The translations under genes were made by a program, and so were the position numbers. 64,000 nt of DNA from Camelus ferus (lineage: Eukaryota): contig NC_045696.1 of NCBI RefSeq assembly GCF_009834535.1, forward strand, positions 15,998,001-16,062,000. The letters run 5' to 3'. The notes beneath the pieces were generated by a model. It did no database searches, had not been told where the DNA came from, and was given only the letters and a program-made list of their open reading frames with translations. Shown here one piece after another: positions 1 through 15,290 of the stretch. Position 1 is the stretch's first letter, and the number at the start of each line of letters is the position of its first letter.

Positions 1-1682
1 ACGTTCCCTGTTGACGTCTCCCCTGCAAGTGGAGGCCGGACTGAACCCTCAGGGCTGCTTGTGGCTGCTCTGAATAGAGCGACAGATCTCCTTAGCCCCA
101 GGCATCACCCGCTGCCACGGACGCCCACATCTGGATCCCAGTGATCCAAGCACCGTAGAGTTGGTATCACCCCTCCTTCCCTGAGTCTGGGTTAGTTCTT
201 CACTTGCGATGCTTTGGAAGGACAATTCCAAGGACCCTGAGTGAGTCATGGTAGGTGTATAACGGAAAACGAGATTCCACCTCCTTCCCAAACAGAGCAG
301 GGCTAGCCCTTGGCTAGCCACAGGGGGGATATCGGCTGGGGGGTGGGGGGGCTGGTGCCAAACAGGAGGAAACAGTGGAAATTTCATTTCCCTAGCAACA
401 AAAGTATAAGCCAAATTCATGAAGTGCCTTCATGAAATCCCAGCTTCAGAAGCTGGTACATTATTTCGTTGCAGAAGTTTCTTTGATAGTAAAGCCCCAG
501 GCCTGCCCAGACACGGGAAGATCCCAGCGGTCTGAATTCCACACCATGAGCCTCCCTGGATTATAAAGTTTAGTTTTGTGTTACGTTATCTCTAGTGCAC
601 ATGAATAACTACGCAGCTCACTCCAATTCCCGAGGTGGCGAGAGGTGGAAGTGCTTACCTATTACCCTCTTTTCCCCAAGGATTCTCTCACTCCCAAGAA
701 GAAAACTTCCACAGGCAAGTGAACATTTCAAGTTTGGTTGATTTATTCAGCCAGCTGTTAAGGTATTCTTTTTAAACCCTTGTCATTTACATGTGCAGTT
801 TGGGCTTTTGGTATTCAAAACACTCCAAAAGCCTGCATTCATTTTCCTTTCCACAGGTTCTTAAAGGTGTCTGGGGAATTTCACTAAGCCCAGAGATTTA
901 AAATTCTAAAGGTCAGGAAGTGTATCACTGCTTACTTAAACAGTGACCCTGCGTGGCACAAAAGTGAAAGACTGACTATGCAAATTGACAAGTGCGTATT
1001 ATCTAAGATGCTGTGGCAGAATACTGACCTGAATTCCAAGAGGGACAGGTTCTAGTCCCAGTCTGCCCATTCACAAACGGATGTCAAATAAATTATGAAA
1101 CTCCTATGACCCCTGTAAGATAAGGGATGGAGATTAGATGATGGTTGTGCAAAATCTCAGATTCAATGAAATGCTTACAACCTAATAACCCTTCAATTCA
1201 CAACTATTTGGTTTTCTCCAGGATGAGAAGAGCTCAAAACACGATAATAAGCCCCCAAGAGGCTTTCTCAAACCAGAACTCCAGTATGGTACTCCATGTG
1301 TTGGGAGCTTTCTCTGAAAAATGTCCATTTGCACAGGACGCTCCCTTTCTGAGGGTAGGTCCCCCAGGACACCAAATCACAGATCAGACGTTGCTTAACT
1401 AACTGAGGATCAGAACATATGACACTGTGTTTCTGAAAACGTGTTCCCTGCAAACTAAAAGAGCTTGTAAGACTTCAGCCATTACAGAAATACATCAATT
1501 TAGACACTCAACATTAATCATTAGAATCACAGCATTCTCTCTTCTGACGAATCCTAGAGAAATGACTTTAATGTTCATTTTCCACTCCGTGCAGCCTGTG
1601 ATCCTACAATTACGATGTTATCTCACCTTTGTAATAAATAATTAGATATTGGCTTCTCTTACACTATCTGTTTTCTCTTCCT

Positions 1683-2168
1683 TGTAGCAGACACACTTGG
1701 CCACATCACCTGGTGCCCCAGATTTCAGCACAGCAGTGAAGAACAATACTGTGCAAGTGACCAGCATCCCATTTCAGGATGTGCCTTGGCCCCTCTCAGA
1801 TTTGAGACTTTCTCTGAAGTCACTTGAGGCAGCTCATCTCGCAAGTCCTCCACATAGGCACAGCTTGGAAGTGCGTGATGCAAAAGCACCTCTGGGGCGG
1901 TCCCCAACCAATGGGAGACAGGAATCAATGGATAGTTGAGTCAGCCACCCTGTACTCGCTGGAGCATCTCTAAGGTGAATTCTAAAAGGGCTCCAATAGA
2001 ATTGAGCACGACTTGTCTGTGAGGTAGCCAGCTCAGTAGCCCGCCCTTTACCCACTGGGTGTCTCACCCCCCACTCCCTCCTTCTGCCTCCTGGGATTAA
2101 CTCCCAAGTAAACTAGGGTGCCCACATAGTAGCTTCAAGCTCTGCTTTCAGGGAGACTCAAATTAAGT
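1683..2168 (+). mobile_element. Old ERVL solo LTR (LTR16-like)
   Basis: Begins TGTAGCAGA; 3' end ctcccaagtaaacta...ctctgctttcagggagactcaaattaag resembles the LTR16 terminus. Confidence 0.6.
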
Positions 2169-4469
2169 TGGTCTTCTTGATGACAACTGGAAATCATGAG
2201 CAGGACACTCTAAGTTCATGGTCTCCTTTATGACAATGATAATCAAAATACTTCCTTTTGTCTAATACCCCAGGTTTGTTCAGGGAGATAAATGTCTTCC
2301 AGTCTGCTGGAGCCAATACAGTTCCAAAGATGGAGAATTTTAATGCATTCGTAAGTTAATATTGGCTGAAAGAGTTACAAGGATTGGCTTATTTTACGCT
2401 ACCATCTGACTGCGTCTCCTGGAGTCTCTAAGTCACTGTTCCTCATTTTCACTGTCTTAGAATACGTGCCAGCTGACTAGGAATCAGCTGTTCAATTCAT
2501 TCTGAGTAAGACTAACACCTCCCCTTACATTAATAGATTCTTCGACTTATTGCCCAGAGATGATTTGGGGAAAGAACAGGTATATTGTCCTTGAAATTAA
2601 ACTTGCTTTCAAAGTAAGGCAAAGATTTTTTGAAACAAACATTTTTGAAACTTTTTTAGAACGTACTAGTTAAACACTAAAAGAGTAAGTGTGTTTGCAT
2701 TTATTAAACCGGAAAACAAATTTACATTTCCAAAACCAAAGTTCTCTCAACAGTTCTCAAGGTAATTTTATGTATTACTTTGCTTTCATTTGGATTTTTT
2801 CTTAATGAATTGTTTTTTTCACCTCTAAAGTAATGACTTTTTACAAAATACTAATAATGCCTTACATTTGCATGGTGCTTTCAAGTCTTGAAATGACTTT
2901 AACTTGAATTTTTTTAATTGAGGCTTAGAAAAAACGTTGTGAGATAATGATAATACCTGGCTTTACAAATAAGGAAACTGAGACCATGTTGCTAATAAGC
3001 AGCACTGTCAGCATTCAAATGTAGGTCTTCCAGCTACATAATAAGTTCAATAATAAGCCATTTGTCTCCTAAGTATTAAGACTTCCAGGAAGAAAGCCTC
3101 AAAAATCACTTCAAGCATTCCACAGAGTGAAATGGAAGTGCATTTCTCAGCAATAATATTCAGAAAATAAGACAAAAAGTGAAGTCTCTACTTCATGGAA
3201 TGAATGACAGAAACAAGTAACTTCATTAGTTCATCAAGAAAAGACACTGGTTACTTCCTAGGTGTCCAGACTCAAGGAGGGACAGTTTCATTGAGCATGC
3301 AATACTGATAAGACTACCAACCTGATAAAACATGAGAGCTTTAAAGGACCCATTTTGATTTATCCAATCAATGATCCATAAAGTCAAAAAATCTCTCTAA
3401 AATAGAACTTGACATGATAGACTGCAATAATTCTGTGGGGGCTCCGGGGCTCTATCACATTAATGGCGCCCTGCATTTGCCTGATCGACTACAGCAAATC
3501 TTAGAGACGTGCTGATTCTCAGAAAAGAAGTGCCGTTGATCAAGGACATGACATGGTAAGGTGTTAACACTAGGGCCCCGGACAATATCCCCTGTGGTTC
3601 CACACAGTCACCTTATGACCTGCTTGTGTGTGATGATGCTAACTTTGTTATGCTCTTGTCTTGCTCACTAGCAGTTATATTTTATGTGAGTGGCTCCCCA
3701 TCCCTCATATAAAATGTGTTTGGTCCTCTGTGACCTAGTGAAGTAAAAAATGATTTACATGACTTACTACATTCAAGAAAATATTATTTAAAAGCATTAA
3801 CATTGATGGTACAGAAAAGTAAGTCCTTTGCAATCACAAAATCCAGGACCATTTCTCAGTAATGAAGAAATGAAAAAGTAACCATTGCAAAGAAAAAAAA
3901 AGTATGATTAAGTGAACTTTGCTGAAGGAAGGGAAATAAGTCCTAAAGCTTTGTCTTTGGTGGAAATTATATTGGTCACTCACCTTTACCACCTCTAAGC
4001 TATCGATCAAGGCTTTCTTCTCCATGGTGCAGAAATTAACTTTGCAAGCAAAACTTTGTCTTTATCCAGCACTCTTTATAAACTAACAGTGGGAAAAAAA
4101 AAAAAAAGCCCAAGTTTTCAGAAATACACCCCATCATTCTCTTTTAATAATACACTGAGTTGCTTAAATATTTTAGAAGTTTGACCTTTCATTTTAAAAT
4201 CTAATGAGTTGTTTTCCCTTTTTCTTACCTTCTTGAACAATTTAATCATAAATTCAATAAGTAGGGCATAGGGTGCAGCAAAGCAACCAACAGGCCAGCA
4301 GGGATTGCGGCATGGGAAGCTGAAGAGCCCAGCTCAGGGTGCCAGAAATTGAAGTGAGTAAGAAAGTCATGCATGTAGGAAGCTTACCCAGAGTACAGTG
4401 CCAGCCTAGAAGAGCGAAGGAGCATCCTCATAGATGCGTGACCTGGCACAGGATGTCAGAGGCCAAGCA

Positions 4470-5830
4470 GAATGATGAGAGCTTCCATGCGAGCAGGGAA
4501 TAGCAGGGGAAATGGGACCTTGGTTACATACAGGGGAGCAATCAAATAAGTACATGTACATTCAGTATAAATGGAGCCATTCACTGTTGGAGAAGGAAGA
4601 TACAAATACTGAAATGGAAAAAAATAGAAAGAATTCAATGGTGTTGGATTGAAATTGAAAGTGTTGGTATGAACTCATGGATGTTGATATATATATTGAT
4701 AGATAGATAAAGTAAGAAATAAACATATGTGTGTATGTGTGCATATTATATATATTTTAGTTTTCCCCTCTGAGACACTCTGAAAGCAGTGGCACCCCAA
4801 TAACCATGAACACACTCAGTATCCAAATCTTGGCTTCTAAATACTACTCTCACTACAAAGGAAACAGGTCTCCTTAGAAAAATGACCAACTCTAGAATGG
4901 GACAGAGAAAGTGTAAGATGAACCTAGAATGTGTTGCAGTGCCAGAAAGTAAAGAAATGCCCAAGGAATAATGGAGACACATCAAAAGAATATAAGAACA
5001 ATCAAAGTGGCTCCCACAACAATAATTTTAGCATCAAAATTAAAAAATGATAGTAGTGGATTTTAGTCCACAAAATGAAATAGTTGACCATGAGTTCATA
5101 AAGACATAAACAAATAAAGAAATAACGGGAAAGTCTGAAGAGGCCCGAGATGTTTGCATTGTTTTAAATTACCTCACCATGGGACAGTTACTACTCACAG
5201 AGGAAGAAAGAGTAACTTCGCTGTGATGAAACCTAGCAGATAACCACCTTAACCTAGTTATCAAAGTGAACATCACCAGTGATCGGACAAGTCACAATCC
5301 TGTACCACAGGATGCAGTGAGAAGAAAGCAGCATCACTTTTGTGATATTCCTTCCAAAGATGCATGAATTTAAATGAAAGGTAAAATTAGAAAAATTGGA
5401 ATTGAAGAACATTCCATGAAATAACTCGCCCATAAGCTTCAAAAGTGTCAAGTTCATGAAATTCAAGATTGAGGACTTTGCCAAATCTACAGAGTTAAAG
5501 AGACATGCCAGCTAAATGCAGCACATCATTCTCAACTGGATCTTTGTGCTATAAAGGACGTAACTGGAACAACTGGTGAAACTTAAATGGGACTGAGGAT
5601 TACATGATAGTAAGACACCAAAGTTAAGCTCTGATTATAAAGCCTGATTTTGATGGCTGTACTGTGGTTCAGGGGTAGAGAGTCTTAGACTGTAAGTCTG
5701 TTAAAGTATTCTTGGGTCAGGGGGCATCATGCTGGCAACTTGCTTTCAAATGGATTGGCAGGAGTCAAAAATTCTTTGTATTATTTTTTCAACTTCCTAT
5801 AATTTTATGATTGTTTCAAAAAATTTTAAG
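4470..5830 (+). mobile_element. Ancient L1 3' end (L1MC/L1MD-like)
   Basis: Degenerate L1M 3'UTR motifs (gatcaaagtgaacatcaccagt-like, cagcatcacttttgtgatattcct, ttttatgattgtttcaaaa); boundaries approximate. Confidence 0.7.
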
Positions 5831-6574
5831 CTTATCAAGTTGTTATAGTTGGTATAAATTTATGAGGGTAAGAAATACATGAATTTTAATTCCCATAAAA
5901 TAAAACAAATGTGTATAATCTACACGAGACCCCACACCTTCAGTGATGTTCTTATTCTAAACCCTATCCCAAGCTTTGACTAAAACAAATAAAAATGGAT
6001 TAACTTATTATATGATATAAATAATACAGAAAACGGGGAGAAATTAAAAATATTAAATGTGACTTAGCTAGTATCTGTCCCTCGACCCACACCTAAGGAG
6101 AAGTGGAGGAACTCATTCATCAGAATATAGTTCTATTTAGCACCACAGTATTGTAAAATGAGCTCTCTTAGACTTGGCTTGCCCTCTCTGGCTTGTTTCC
6201 ATACACATTTGACTGTCTGACATCAAATCAAAAGGAAGAAGGAGAGAATTTTATGATGGAAGAAAACACAACCTCTTTGCTTTGTGTAAGATTTAAACAT
6301 ATGCATAATTTTTAAAAAATTGATTCAATAATTGATACAATAATTAAATTTCTCTGGCAGCATTTACCTCGTTATACCAGTGATTGATAACCAGTAAAAA
6401 TCAAGTCGCAGATTGTCATTCCAGCTTGCCAAGTCTGAGGTGGATGTTCCAGAATGCTGTTTCCTCTCCCAAATACTGTTATTTCAGCCCATATGTGATT
6501 ACAGTTCACCATTTTTCCAATTGATTTTTCTTAAGCAATTACAATTATCTTGCATGTGTCCGCCTATCACAGGA

Positions 6575-6735
6575 GACAGTGGCGTGCAGTGAAAAATGGA
6601 CTGGAAAAGAAATGGGAGCCGACTCTGCCACAATCTGACCATGACTTTGGATAAAACACTTAACCTCAGTCTGCCTCAGTTTCCACTCCTATAAAATTAG
6701 AGTCCCAAGCAAGACAATTTCTAATGTTCCTTTAA
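6575..6735 (+). mobile_element. MIR SINE remnant
   Basis: MIR core-like gactttggataaaacacttaacctcagtctgcctcagtttcc...taaaat. Confidence 0.65.
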
Positions 6736-9584
6736 ACTTGCCTTATGTCTTCTTCATTTTCATTCAAGGCATTATCTTAATTAAATTGCAAGTGACCAGC
6801 TTTAATTTGTTTCATTTTCTCACAGTATCTAGTACAGTTTTTTCATTGTGGTTTTTTTGAGGGGGAATGTTTGCTTCTCATAGGGCCTCAAACATGTTAG
6901 CAAATGTCAGTATCTTGTCTTAAATTTGTAAAAACTTATACAAAAAAATTTTGTATAAAATAGTGCAGAAATTATCCACTATCAGCAGACTTGTTATTTT
7001 GGTGTTGTTTCAATTTATGATTGCAATTTTGCACCTGCTAAGAAAATATATTTTTCATTGGGAGTAATGAAAGCCTGCTCAGTTTCAGCCATCCCTGTGT
7101 TTGTTTTCTGATATGCACACCTGAGGACAAATTCCAGATATATGAATTGTGTTAAAAATTTAAGCTATTTATAGGATACCAATCAATCAATAAACATAAT
7201 AGAAATGTATCTATTGTAGAAACAGTAAATGGAATCTATAAAATATAGAATTTCTATAAGACATACCTTTAGTATTTCAAGATACTCCTAAAGAAAATTA
7301 AAATTTATTAAGGCTTCTCTTCTCAATTAACAATTTACTTAGAAATTCATTTTCTTATAAACTAACAATCTAGGCATTGAGTTGAATAGGTAATAACCAT
7401 TTGAATTTTTAATGTTTCTTAATGTATATAATTGATGCCCGTTGTTTCATTCTGTGAATTATTTGCAGAATATAAGCTTTAACAATGTGGTGAAATGAAT
7501 AGAAGGTTGCTAAGTAATGTAATTTATTCCTCATAAGTTAACTTTGTCAGAGATTGAGTGTCAAAAATGAAGAGCTCTTTGTAACATCAGATAAAGTATT
7601 GCTTTTCTTTTTAACTAGGTATCTACTCTTCTATAGAAAATCCACTTGCTTCAAATGGATTTTTAAAAGTCCCCAAACCCATAAATCCCGAGTCTCTATA
7701 AGCATTCAGTGGACACAAGCACAAACACACTAGTCAGATTCCATCAATAAAGATAACTTACATAAAGAATCTGTTTACACAGTAAATTAAGACACAATCG
7801 TGCGAGAGTTCTTCTCAGACAGTGTGGTTTTATGAAAAGGAAGACATTTATGAAGATTCAAAGTACTTGGTTCCCAAAAGTCCAGATTTCATTTACATAT
7901 TTCTATTTAAAAAGTTAGATACCAAAAAAAGAAAAAATCTTACAATCGTTAAGAGAAAAATAACACTCTTCCATTAACAGATGAAAGAACCATCATAAAT
8001 AATTTTCTTTAAAGTACTTAGGAAATTTATCCCCATCAGTTCATCTCCTGAATTAGTCAAAGTATTCATCAAAATGTAGCAAGCTATTTAGCACAATAGA
8101 ACAAACTCCTGCTCTTCAGAAGTTTACATTCTAGTTACGTATTCAGAATCCTAACTGTTGTACTCAGCAAAACTACATACACTGTTAAGATATTTAATTT
8201 ATCAAAATAAAATCTTCAGAGTAGTTACAAATCAGATGTGATGAAAAGATATCTACAAATACTAGTTGCTATGATTATTGAAATACAGATGGGTCAGGGA
8301 CAGAACAGAATAAATAAATGAGACAATAAACTCTAATGCGTAACACAAAATAGATCAATCTCTCACACATAGTAGTTCTTGGGTCCAAAAATCTTGGGGA
8401 ATTTTACGCTTGGAGGCCAACATCCAAATTAAGACTCCCAGAAACGTAAGTAGCATTTTCATTTTTTCAGAGAAAACAGTCAGGATAGAGAATATTTAAT
8501 GAAGACTATTCACCCATTAAAATGTCATAATTGCGGGGCTGGAGTTTGGGGAGAGGGGATATCCATTTGCTCCTGTATCAATTTTGGAATATGAATTAAC
8601 TGAAGAGTTTACGACAATTGGGAAAAGCTTAGACACTGTTAAATATTTGAAAACCCTAGGAAACCACACAAATGTAGAGAGAGCCTATGAACTCCAGAAA
8701 TCATTTACAAAAAGCATGGAAGTCAGTCCAGGGATGATTACAATATAGCAAACTTGGCTTGGGAGCTCATTTCTGCCTTTTCCTGTCTGTAACCATAGCA
8801 ACAAGCACAGAACCCCAGCACAGAAGAGGTGCTCTCTAAATATTGGCTGAATCAATAAATGAATGAGCCTCTCAATCTCAAATCTATGGTCTTTTTCTTT
8901 TGAAAAATCAGAACAGAACTTCTTGTCCAGTGTCTGACTCAGCATTTGGCATTTCCCTTCTTGCTCATTCCCCAGTATTGTGCTTTTCTGGACTGACGTA
9001 AACCCCTCTGGCCATACTGGCCGCATAAACACAATACAACAGGGGAGATGGGCATTCCACCCCCTGATCAATTGGGGCAAAATATGATTGTTTCAATTTC
9101 CTTGCCCTTTGGGAACCCAATTTGAAACATTTGTAATCTTTGTCCATGCCAAACCAACTGTTTTTAGTCAACGCTTAAAGAAATGTGTTAAAGATTCTGT
9201 TTTTACATGATTCTTAATGCTAATGAGTTCATCCCTCTCATGATCACACATCTTTCTGTAAATGTCAAACAGGAGGTAGCTGACAAGGTCATGGCCATTA
9301 AATACAGGTTCACGGACATACACATGGTTCTTGACAGGAGTCATCTATGGCTAACCTTTGACTTTCCCTGCTTCTATTACTTGAATGTCAACAACTGTGC
9401 ACAATTTTCACATTACTCTGTCAGTATATGTCAAAATTTCCAAACATCAATGCATATCTTGTATATTTAAATGGATATCCTTTATTGCTTTGTAAATGTG
9501 ATTTTTCTGAAAATGGTGTAGATCCCTTTATTTTAACATTTTTCAATAGTTACCCTCCTTTGGGACTAATGAGCATTTTCACAT

Positions 9585-10045
9585 ATAGTCTTAGTTTAAG
9601 TTCACAGGAGGCTGAGCCTGAGATAGGGAGCCTTATGTCACTGATTCTTTGAGGGAGTGAGTGTTTCAGAAGAAACCTGCAAGTCAGTGAAGGAAATAGG
9701 ACAGCGCACGGGGCGAAGCAAAGCAAAGATGTGATTTCCGCTAAGCCTGGTCTCAGCCTGATCCCACAGAGAGTTTTGGAACAAGAGTGACACCACAAAT
9801 GTTGTCCCAACTTAAGGCAAAGGAGCAAGACTTTCCTATTTCTTTATCAGCCAAGCGGGTGTGTGCTGCCCTTGCTTGGGGGTGAGGGGTGTTTCCCCCA
9901 GGCAACTTCCAGTTAGATGGCCTCCATCTGTGGAAGTCAGTTCTCTAGCAACTGGGGCAGCTGTGGCCTTTCAAAGCTAACACACACCAAGTAGCTGGGG
10001 GTGGGGAGGGTGAAGGGGACAGGCAGGATGCTAGCCTCCCAGAGG
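9585..10045 (-). mobile_element. Old MaLR LTR (MLT1J/I-like)
   Basis: gagcctgagataggg...aagcaaagatgtgattt...ctcagcctgatcccacag resembles reverse-strand MLT1J-family sequence. Confidence 0.55.
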
Positions 10046-12475
10046 ATATTTTTTTCTGATATTTAATTTGACCAAAAAAAAAAAAAAAAAGCTAAAGTGG
10101 TACTTGTAATAAAATCTTAAAATCCAAGTGCAGCCTACCCTAGGAATTCAGTTCTGGACATTGCATCCCATGAGCAATAGACACTGTGTAAGTCGCTTAT
10201 GCCAAGTTTTATTTCATAAAAGAAAAAAAATTCAAATGACTTTCAAATGTGTATTCACCAATGGCAGTAATTTAGGAAGCTTCTGTACCACGTAAGTCAG
10301 AGCAGATTTACGAGCACAGGCAGAGGTTTTCCTTTCACGAGGGTAGGATCTCCCCTCATTAAGGGCAGTGGGCCGGCTTTAGCCAGGGCCCTTCCCAAGG
10401 AGCACTGAACAGGAGAGGGCATGACTGTACGATCCCACAGCAACTTGGGAACATAGGCCCTAGTCCCTTCACTGAAGCCTGTTCTCTGATATCACAGTGT
10501 GTCTCCATCCTTTCCTTCTCTGCCCCTTACATTTAGCGTCTTGCAGGATTCATCACCCCCTTTTCCTTGTTCATTTTTTTCCCACGCCATAGACTGCTTG
10601 TTCTTCTTTCACTGGACTGACTATTAAAGAAGCAAGACTAGCTCTCAGGTGGACCCAGTGAGTGGAAGAGTCAGAAGCAGCCCCTTCTCCTTCCCTCTTG
10701 TGTTTGCGTACACTGATGACTGAGCCCGTGATGAGGGACAGTTCTGTACAGGCATCAGGACTACTGCCCAGTCTTCCTTGTTGCTTTATCAGGACAGAGG
10801 AATGGCTGACAGCACAGGCTCCGGATGCTGGCTTGTGCCCAGCTGAGAGGGCTGCTGCGGCACTTGGAATGTCAGGCTCTTTCTCTTCTATTTGCTTGTT
10901 GTCTGGCTGCCTTAAGCGAGAGGCAGTAAATGAAGGTCAAAGATAATGACATGTAGCTTTCAAAGAGGAAGGGGGAACCAGTGACTGCTACTACTATACA
11001 TCTAAGAGTAAAATGTGAGGCAGGCCCTGATGGAGCCTGGTATATATATGATTTTGAGGACCTAGAAATACCCAAATTTTACAGGAGAACACAGCAACCA
11101 CCTTATCTGGGAAGAAATGAGTACTGTGAAGACTATGGGATGGCTACAAAGGCTTGCAATCCACATCTGCAGAGATGCGCCAAGGGTTCCAGAACAACCA
11201 TTAGGAGAGGATGTGAGGTCAGATATAAGGAGTGCCCTTCTCATGAGTCATGGAGGGCGGAGTCTGGAAAGGATAAGCGCAGACTCGCATTTGGGGTTGG
11301 GAAGTTTCTTCTCTAGGCAGTCAGCGCTCCTGGGGCACCAAGCCAGATTTGAAACTCATGTTTCCTTTTTTCAGAGTTTTTCACTTCAATTGGTTTAATC
11401 TGGAATCTCACCTATGACATATCTCCCTCATCTCATATAGTTTTATCTGTCCAAGTCTTGGCTATATTGGGGACAATATCAGAAAGTTCTTTAGGACTTT
11501 TTTTTTTTTTTAGCAATTTATGTGTCACTTTAGAAAGGAGATACTCACAAAATCTATTTCCCACTCAACATTTGATGACAAATGAGGCACAGAGAGGTTA
11601 ACAGCTTATCTGATGTCACACAGCTATTTAGTGAGCTATTATAAATTACTGCACAATCATTTTTCTCTCATTACTTCTCACTGGCAGGCTACATATTAAG
11701 TAATTATATTTCCCCTTTGAAGATTCTTTATCTCAGAGGCACTTTATGACCCAGAACTACTACACCACAATGATAATTTCTTATTTCTGTAGCTTGCACT
11801 GTTCCCTCTTCCTGGAAAGTTCCCCACCTCAGCCTAGCCTGTCTCTATATCCACGCTGTACAGTTTTACAGCCTTCTTCAGGGACCCCAAGATGGGTTAG
11901 GAACATCTCATCAATACCATATTGTATTATTATAACAACTTATTTACGTACCTTCTCTCCAACAAGAGGTGCCTGTCTTATCTTTAAATCCACTAAGTCT
12001 GGTATAGTGATTGACAGTGTGTAGGTGCTTAATAAATTTGTACTGAGTGAATGGAGGAGCAGATTAATGAATACAGATATGGATGTACAGATAAGCGGAG
12101 GTATAAGAGGTTATAAGAAGAGCTAAGAAACGATGATAGTTTATTTAGATAACCAAGGAAGATGCAGGTCGGCTGCTATTTTTGTTTTCCTGCACAAGGC
12201 AGTCTACAACTACGTCTGCCGATAAATGCCGTTACCCTACTGCCAGGTTCCATCTAGATCTTGAAGAATCTAGAACTTAAAGAGCCCATCAAAAAGTTGC
12301 CCAGTGCCTAAAACATTGCCTGATTTGCAGTAATTGCTCAGTGATTATTAATTAAGTGAATAAAATGCAGAATATGTAGGATTATCACAAGGAAATGTTT
12401 TAGGGAGATGAGGATAGAATCACTAACTCTTAACCTTCCCAGTGATAGGAGTACCAGAGAAGGCTGGAATCCAGC

Positions 12476-13056
12476 CATTCCAGCCCTGGGTATATACGTG
12501 AGAGAAATAAAAACGTAAGTCCTTCACACAAAAAGTTGTACGTTAATGTTAACAGCAGCAGAATTCATAATGGCCAAAAGGCAGGAGACAACCCAAACGT
12601 CCACCAACTGACACGTGGATAAACAAAATGTGGTGTGTGTATATAGATACAGATACAGATATAGATATAGATATAGATATATAGATACATACAATGGAGA
12701 ATGATTTGGCCATAAAGGACTGATAGATGCTACCACATAGATAAACCTTGAAAACATTACTCTAAGTGAAAGAAACCAGTTACAAAAGATCACACGTCAT
12801 ATGATTCCATTCATATGAAATGTCCAGAACAGGGAAATCTATAGAGGTAGAAAGTAGATCTGCAGCTGCTTAGTGCTGTGGGGAGGGGAGGCAGGATGGG
12901 AGGCGTGACAGGTAAAGGATATGGGGTTTCTTTTAGAGGTGATGCAGTGTTCTAAAATGGACTGTGGTGATGGCTGCACGTATCTGTGAGTATACTAATA
13001 ATCACTGAGTTACATTTCGAGGCGAATTGTATGGTATGTGAATTATACCTCAATTA
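12476..13056 (+). mobile_element. L1MB-like 3' end with internal (TAGA/TATAGA)n and trailing (AG)n
   Basis: cacacaaaaagttgtac...tggataaacaaaatgtgg...aagaaaccagttacaaaagatcac...tgtgaattatacctcaattaa. Confidence 0.85.
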
Positions 13057-15290
13057 AGAGAGAGAGAGAGAGAGAGAAACATCTCAGACTAAAGGCGGTC
13101 CATGAGAATTCTCTCAGTATGTTAAAGAGATTCATTTCATTTCAGGCATTTGCTGAAGATGTCCCAGACTGAGGACCTCATTTCTACCCAGCCAACTTCC
13201 AAGGCCCCAGTCAGAGCTCATTATTACTCAGCCTGTGTTAGCCAGCTTTTACATTGTGAAATCTTCTTTTTTGCGGTTGTATATACTAACCAGCTGAACC
13301 ATATTAAAAAAGTCCTTGTCCAAGCCACACGGACAGTTTCAATACCAAACTAGCATTTATTGCATGCCCATTACGCGCCAAGTGCTTCGCATATGTCATC
13401 TCTAAGCCCCATCGTAACTCCAGGAAGTAGGCTGTATTACTTCATTTTATAGAGGATGATATGGGACTGAGCTTAGCTAATTGCCACGTTGTCACTATGT
13501 GGGAATTGACAGGCCCAGGTTTAAGGTATGTGTGTGATTTACAAGATCTGTACTCTGTTCACCAATTTGTGTCCTCAGGGTCTAGCGTGGTGGACAGAAA
13601 CGCATAAAACCAGAATAAGAGAATAAGGAAGGAAAGTATGGCCTGTCTGATAAAGACAAACAACCTGATCTGGCGTTCCAGTGTGGGAACAGGGATGCGA
13701 GACTGTTTAAAATCCTGCCCTAATGACCTGCGCGATGACACAGCTCTCCTGGGTCTAGGACCACTCAAGCTGTCTGCTTGAAGGCGGAGCTTTTAAATCT
13801 TGTTCTAGCCGAGCAAGCGCCAGCATCCTCCCAGGTCAGTTCCTTTTGAAAACAACCCATGCTTTTGTTCCTAATTCTATTTGTCAGTCCTATGCCACCA
13901 ACACCAACACCTCTAAAGCCATATTTACTTCCCTGTGTTAAGGTAGCAGACTTCTTATGTCCTACACTATGAGCATTGGTACCCAGATATCAATGGCATC
14001 ACTTGTGGTTTATTCCCTAATCTTCATCCTTGTTTTTGTCACGTGAAGATGTCTGAGGACACTCTTTCTCGCTTCTTTTCCATTTTTCTTGGTGCCCTTC
14101 TATCTAGACGCTGTCCTCCATCCGTCCCTCTTTGGTAGTTTTGGAAGTAGACTGTCCAGTTTCTTGTCATTTGATCCTCCATGAAATGCAGGCTCCTTCT
14201 TGCTTATAATACCCTAGAATACTAAGTTCAAGTCCAATAAGTCAAAGCCAGCTTTACTACCATCTCTATCTTCACTTTCTCCTCCAAAGTCAGGAACATC
14301 AACACCAGAAAATAAGAAAAGATCACCTCCACATAAATGAGGGTAAGGGTGTAGGCCAGGTTATTAAAAAATTGGCATGAGAACCCACAGGAAAAGAAGC
14401 AGGAATCTCTGGAAGCTGAAGTTGGCACAGATTCACTGGGAAATGCATGCCAGACTAACCTCTATTAGATTAGCGTGGCTGGCCTGGCAGTTTTGGACTT
14501 TAACAGAACATATGACTAAGAGTCTCGTGACACTTTTATGGACAAGCTATACTTGGGTTAGATAAGAACATAATTAGATATAGTCATGCCTGGTTGGACA
14601 TCCTTAATAAAAACCTTCTAACTGATGGGTCCTTAGTAGCTCTGTCTTCACAAACTTACATAAAGCTGCCCAAAGCAAGCATATCAAATTTTGAGGTGAC
14701 CCCAAGGAATACTGTATATGAAGTGAGATTTTTAAATTATCTCTGTATTAAGAAACAATCATCTGCATCACCTAACAGCCAGTAAGAGATCAGTGTCTCA
14801 GCATGTGACTTATAGATGGAACACAGAGAACCTCTTCCACATTTACTTTTCATCCAAATAAAATGCATAGTGCACCAGAAGTTTAAGGTCAGGTATGAGT
14901 GTTTGGGCAAGCTAATAACACTAATGCTTTACAATCATGTAACCTATTACGGTGTGGAACTCTTTGGAATGCTATTCCAACTTGGAGCAGGCTCAGGGGT
15001 TTCCATTGCCTTTATTATTTTTATAAATCTGTTAAAAAAAATTCTGTAACATCGAGGCTCCAGTGTGGGGAGTGAGAGGTCAATAAGATGATTATTGATA
15101 GTCTGATATTCTGCTGTTTGCAGGGGAGTCTTACATGTGTTGGGGCTTCACAGACAGTAAGCGTTGCAAAGTACCAGCTGTATGAAAAGCTGGAGAATGC
15201 AATGACATAGAGTTTCACCAGCTTCACGTTCACAGTGGAAAGTCTTATCACACAGTAGCAGAAATAGGTTATTTTTATTTGTTGCTTGTA

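Noticed and set aside
6936..6958. TTATACAAAA-aaa-TTTTGTATAA inverted repeat (and the A/T palindrome at about 57830-57853)
   Set aside because: Short and AT-only; expected in low-complexity DNA
10662..11398. Cluster of overlapping 60-111 aa ORFs
   Set aside because: No recognisable homology or convincing exon structure; consistent with chance
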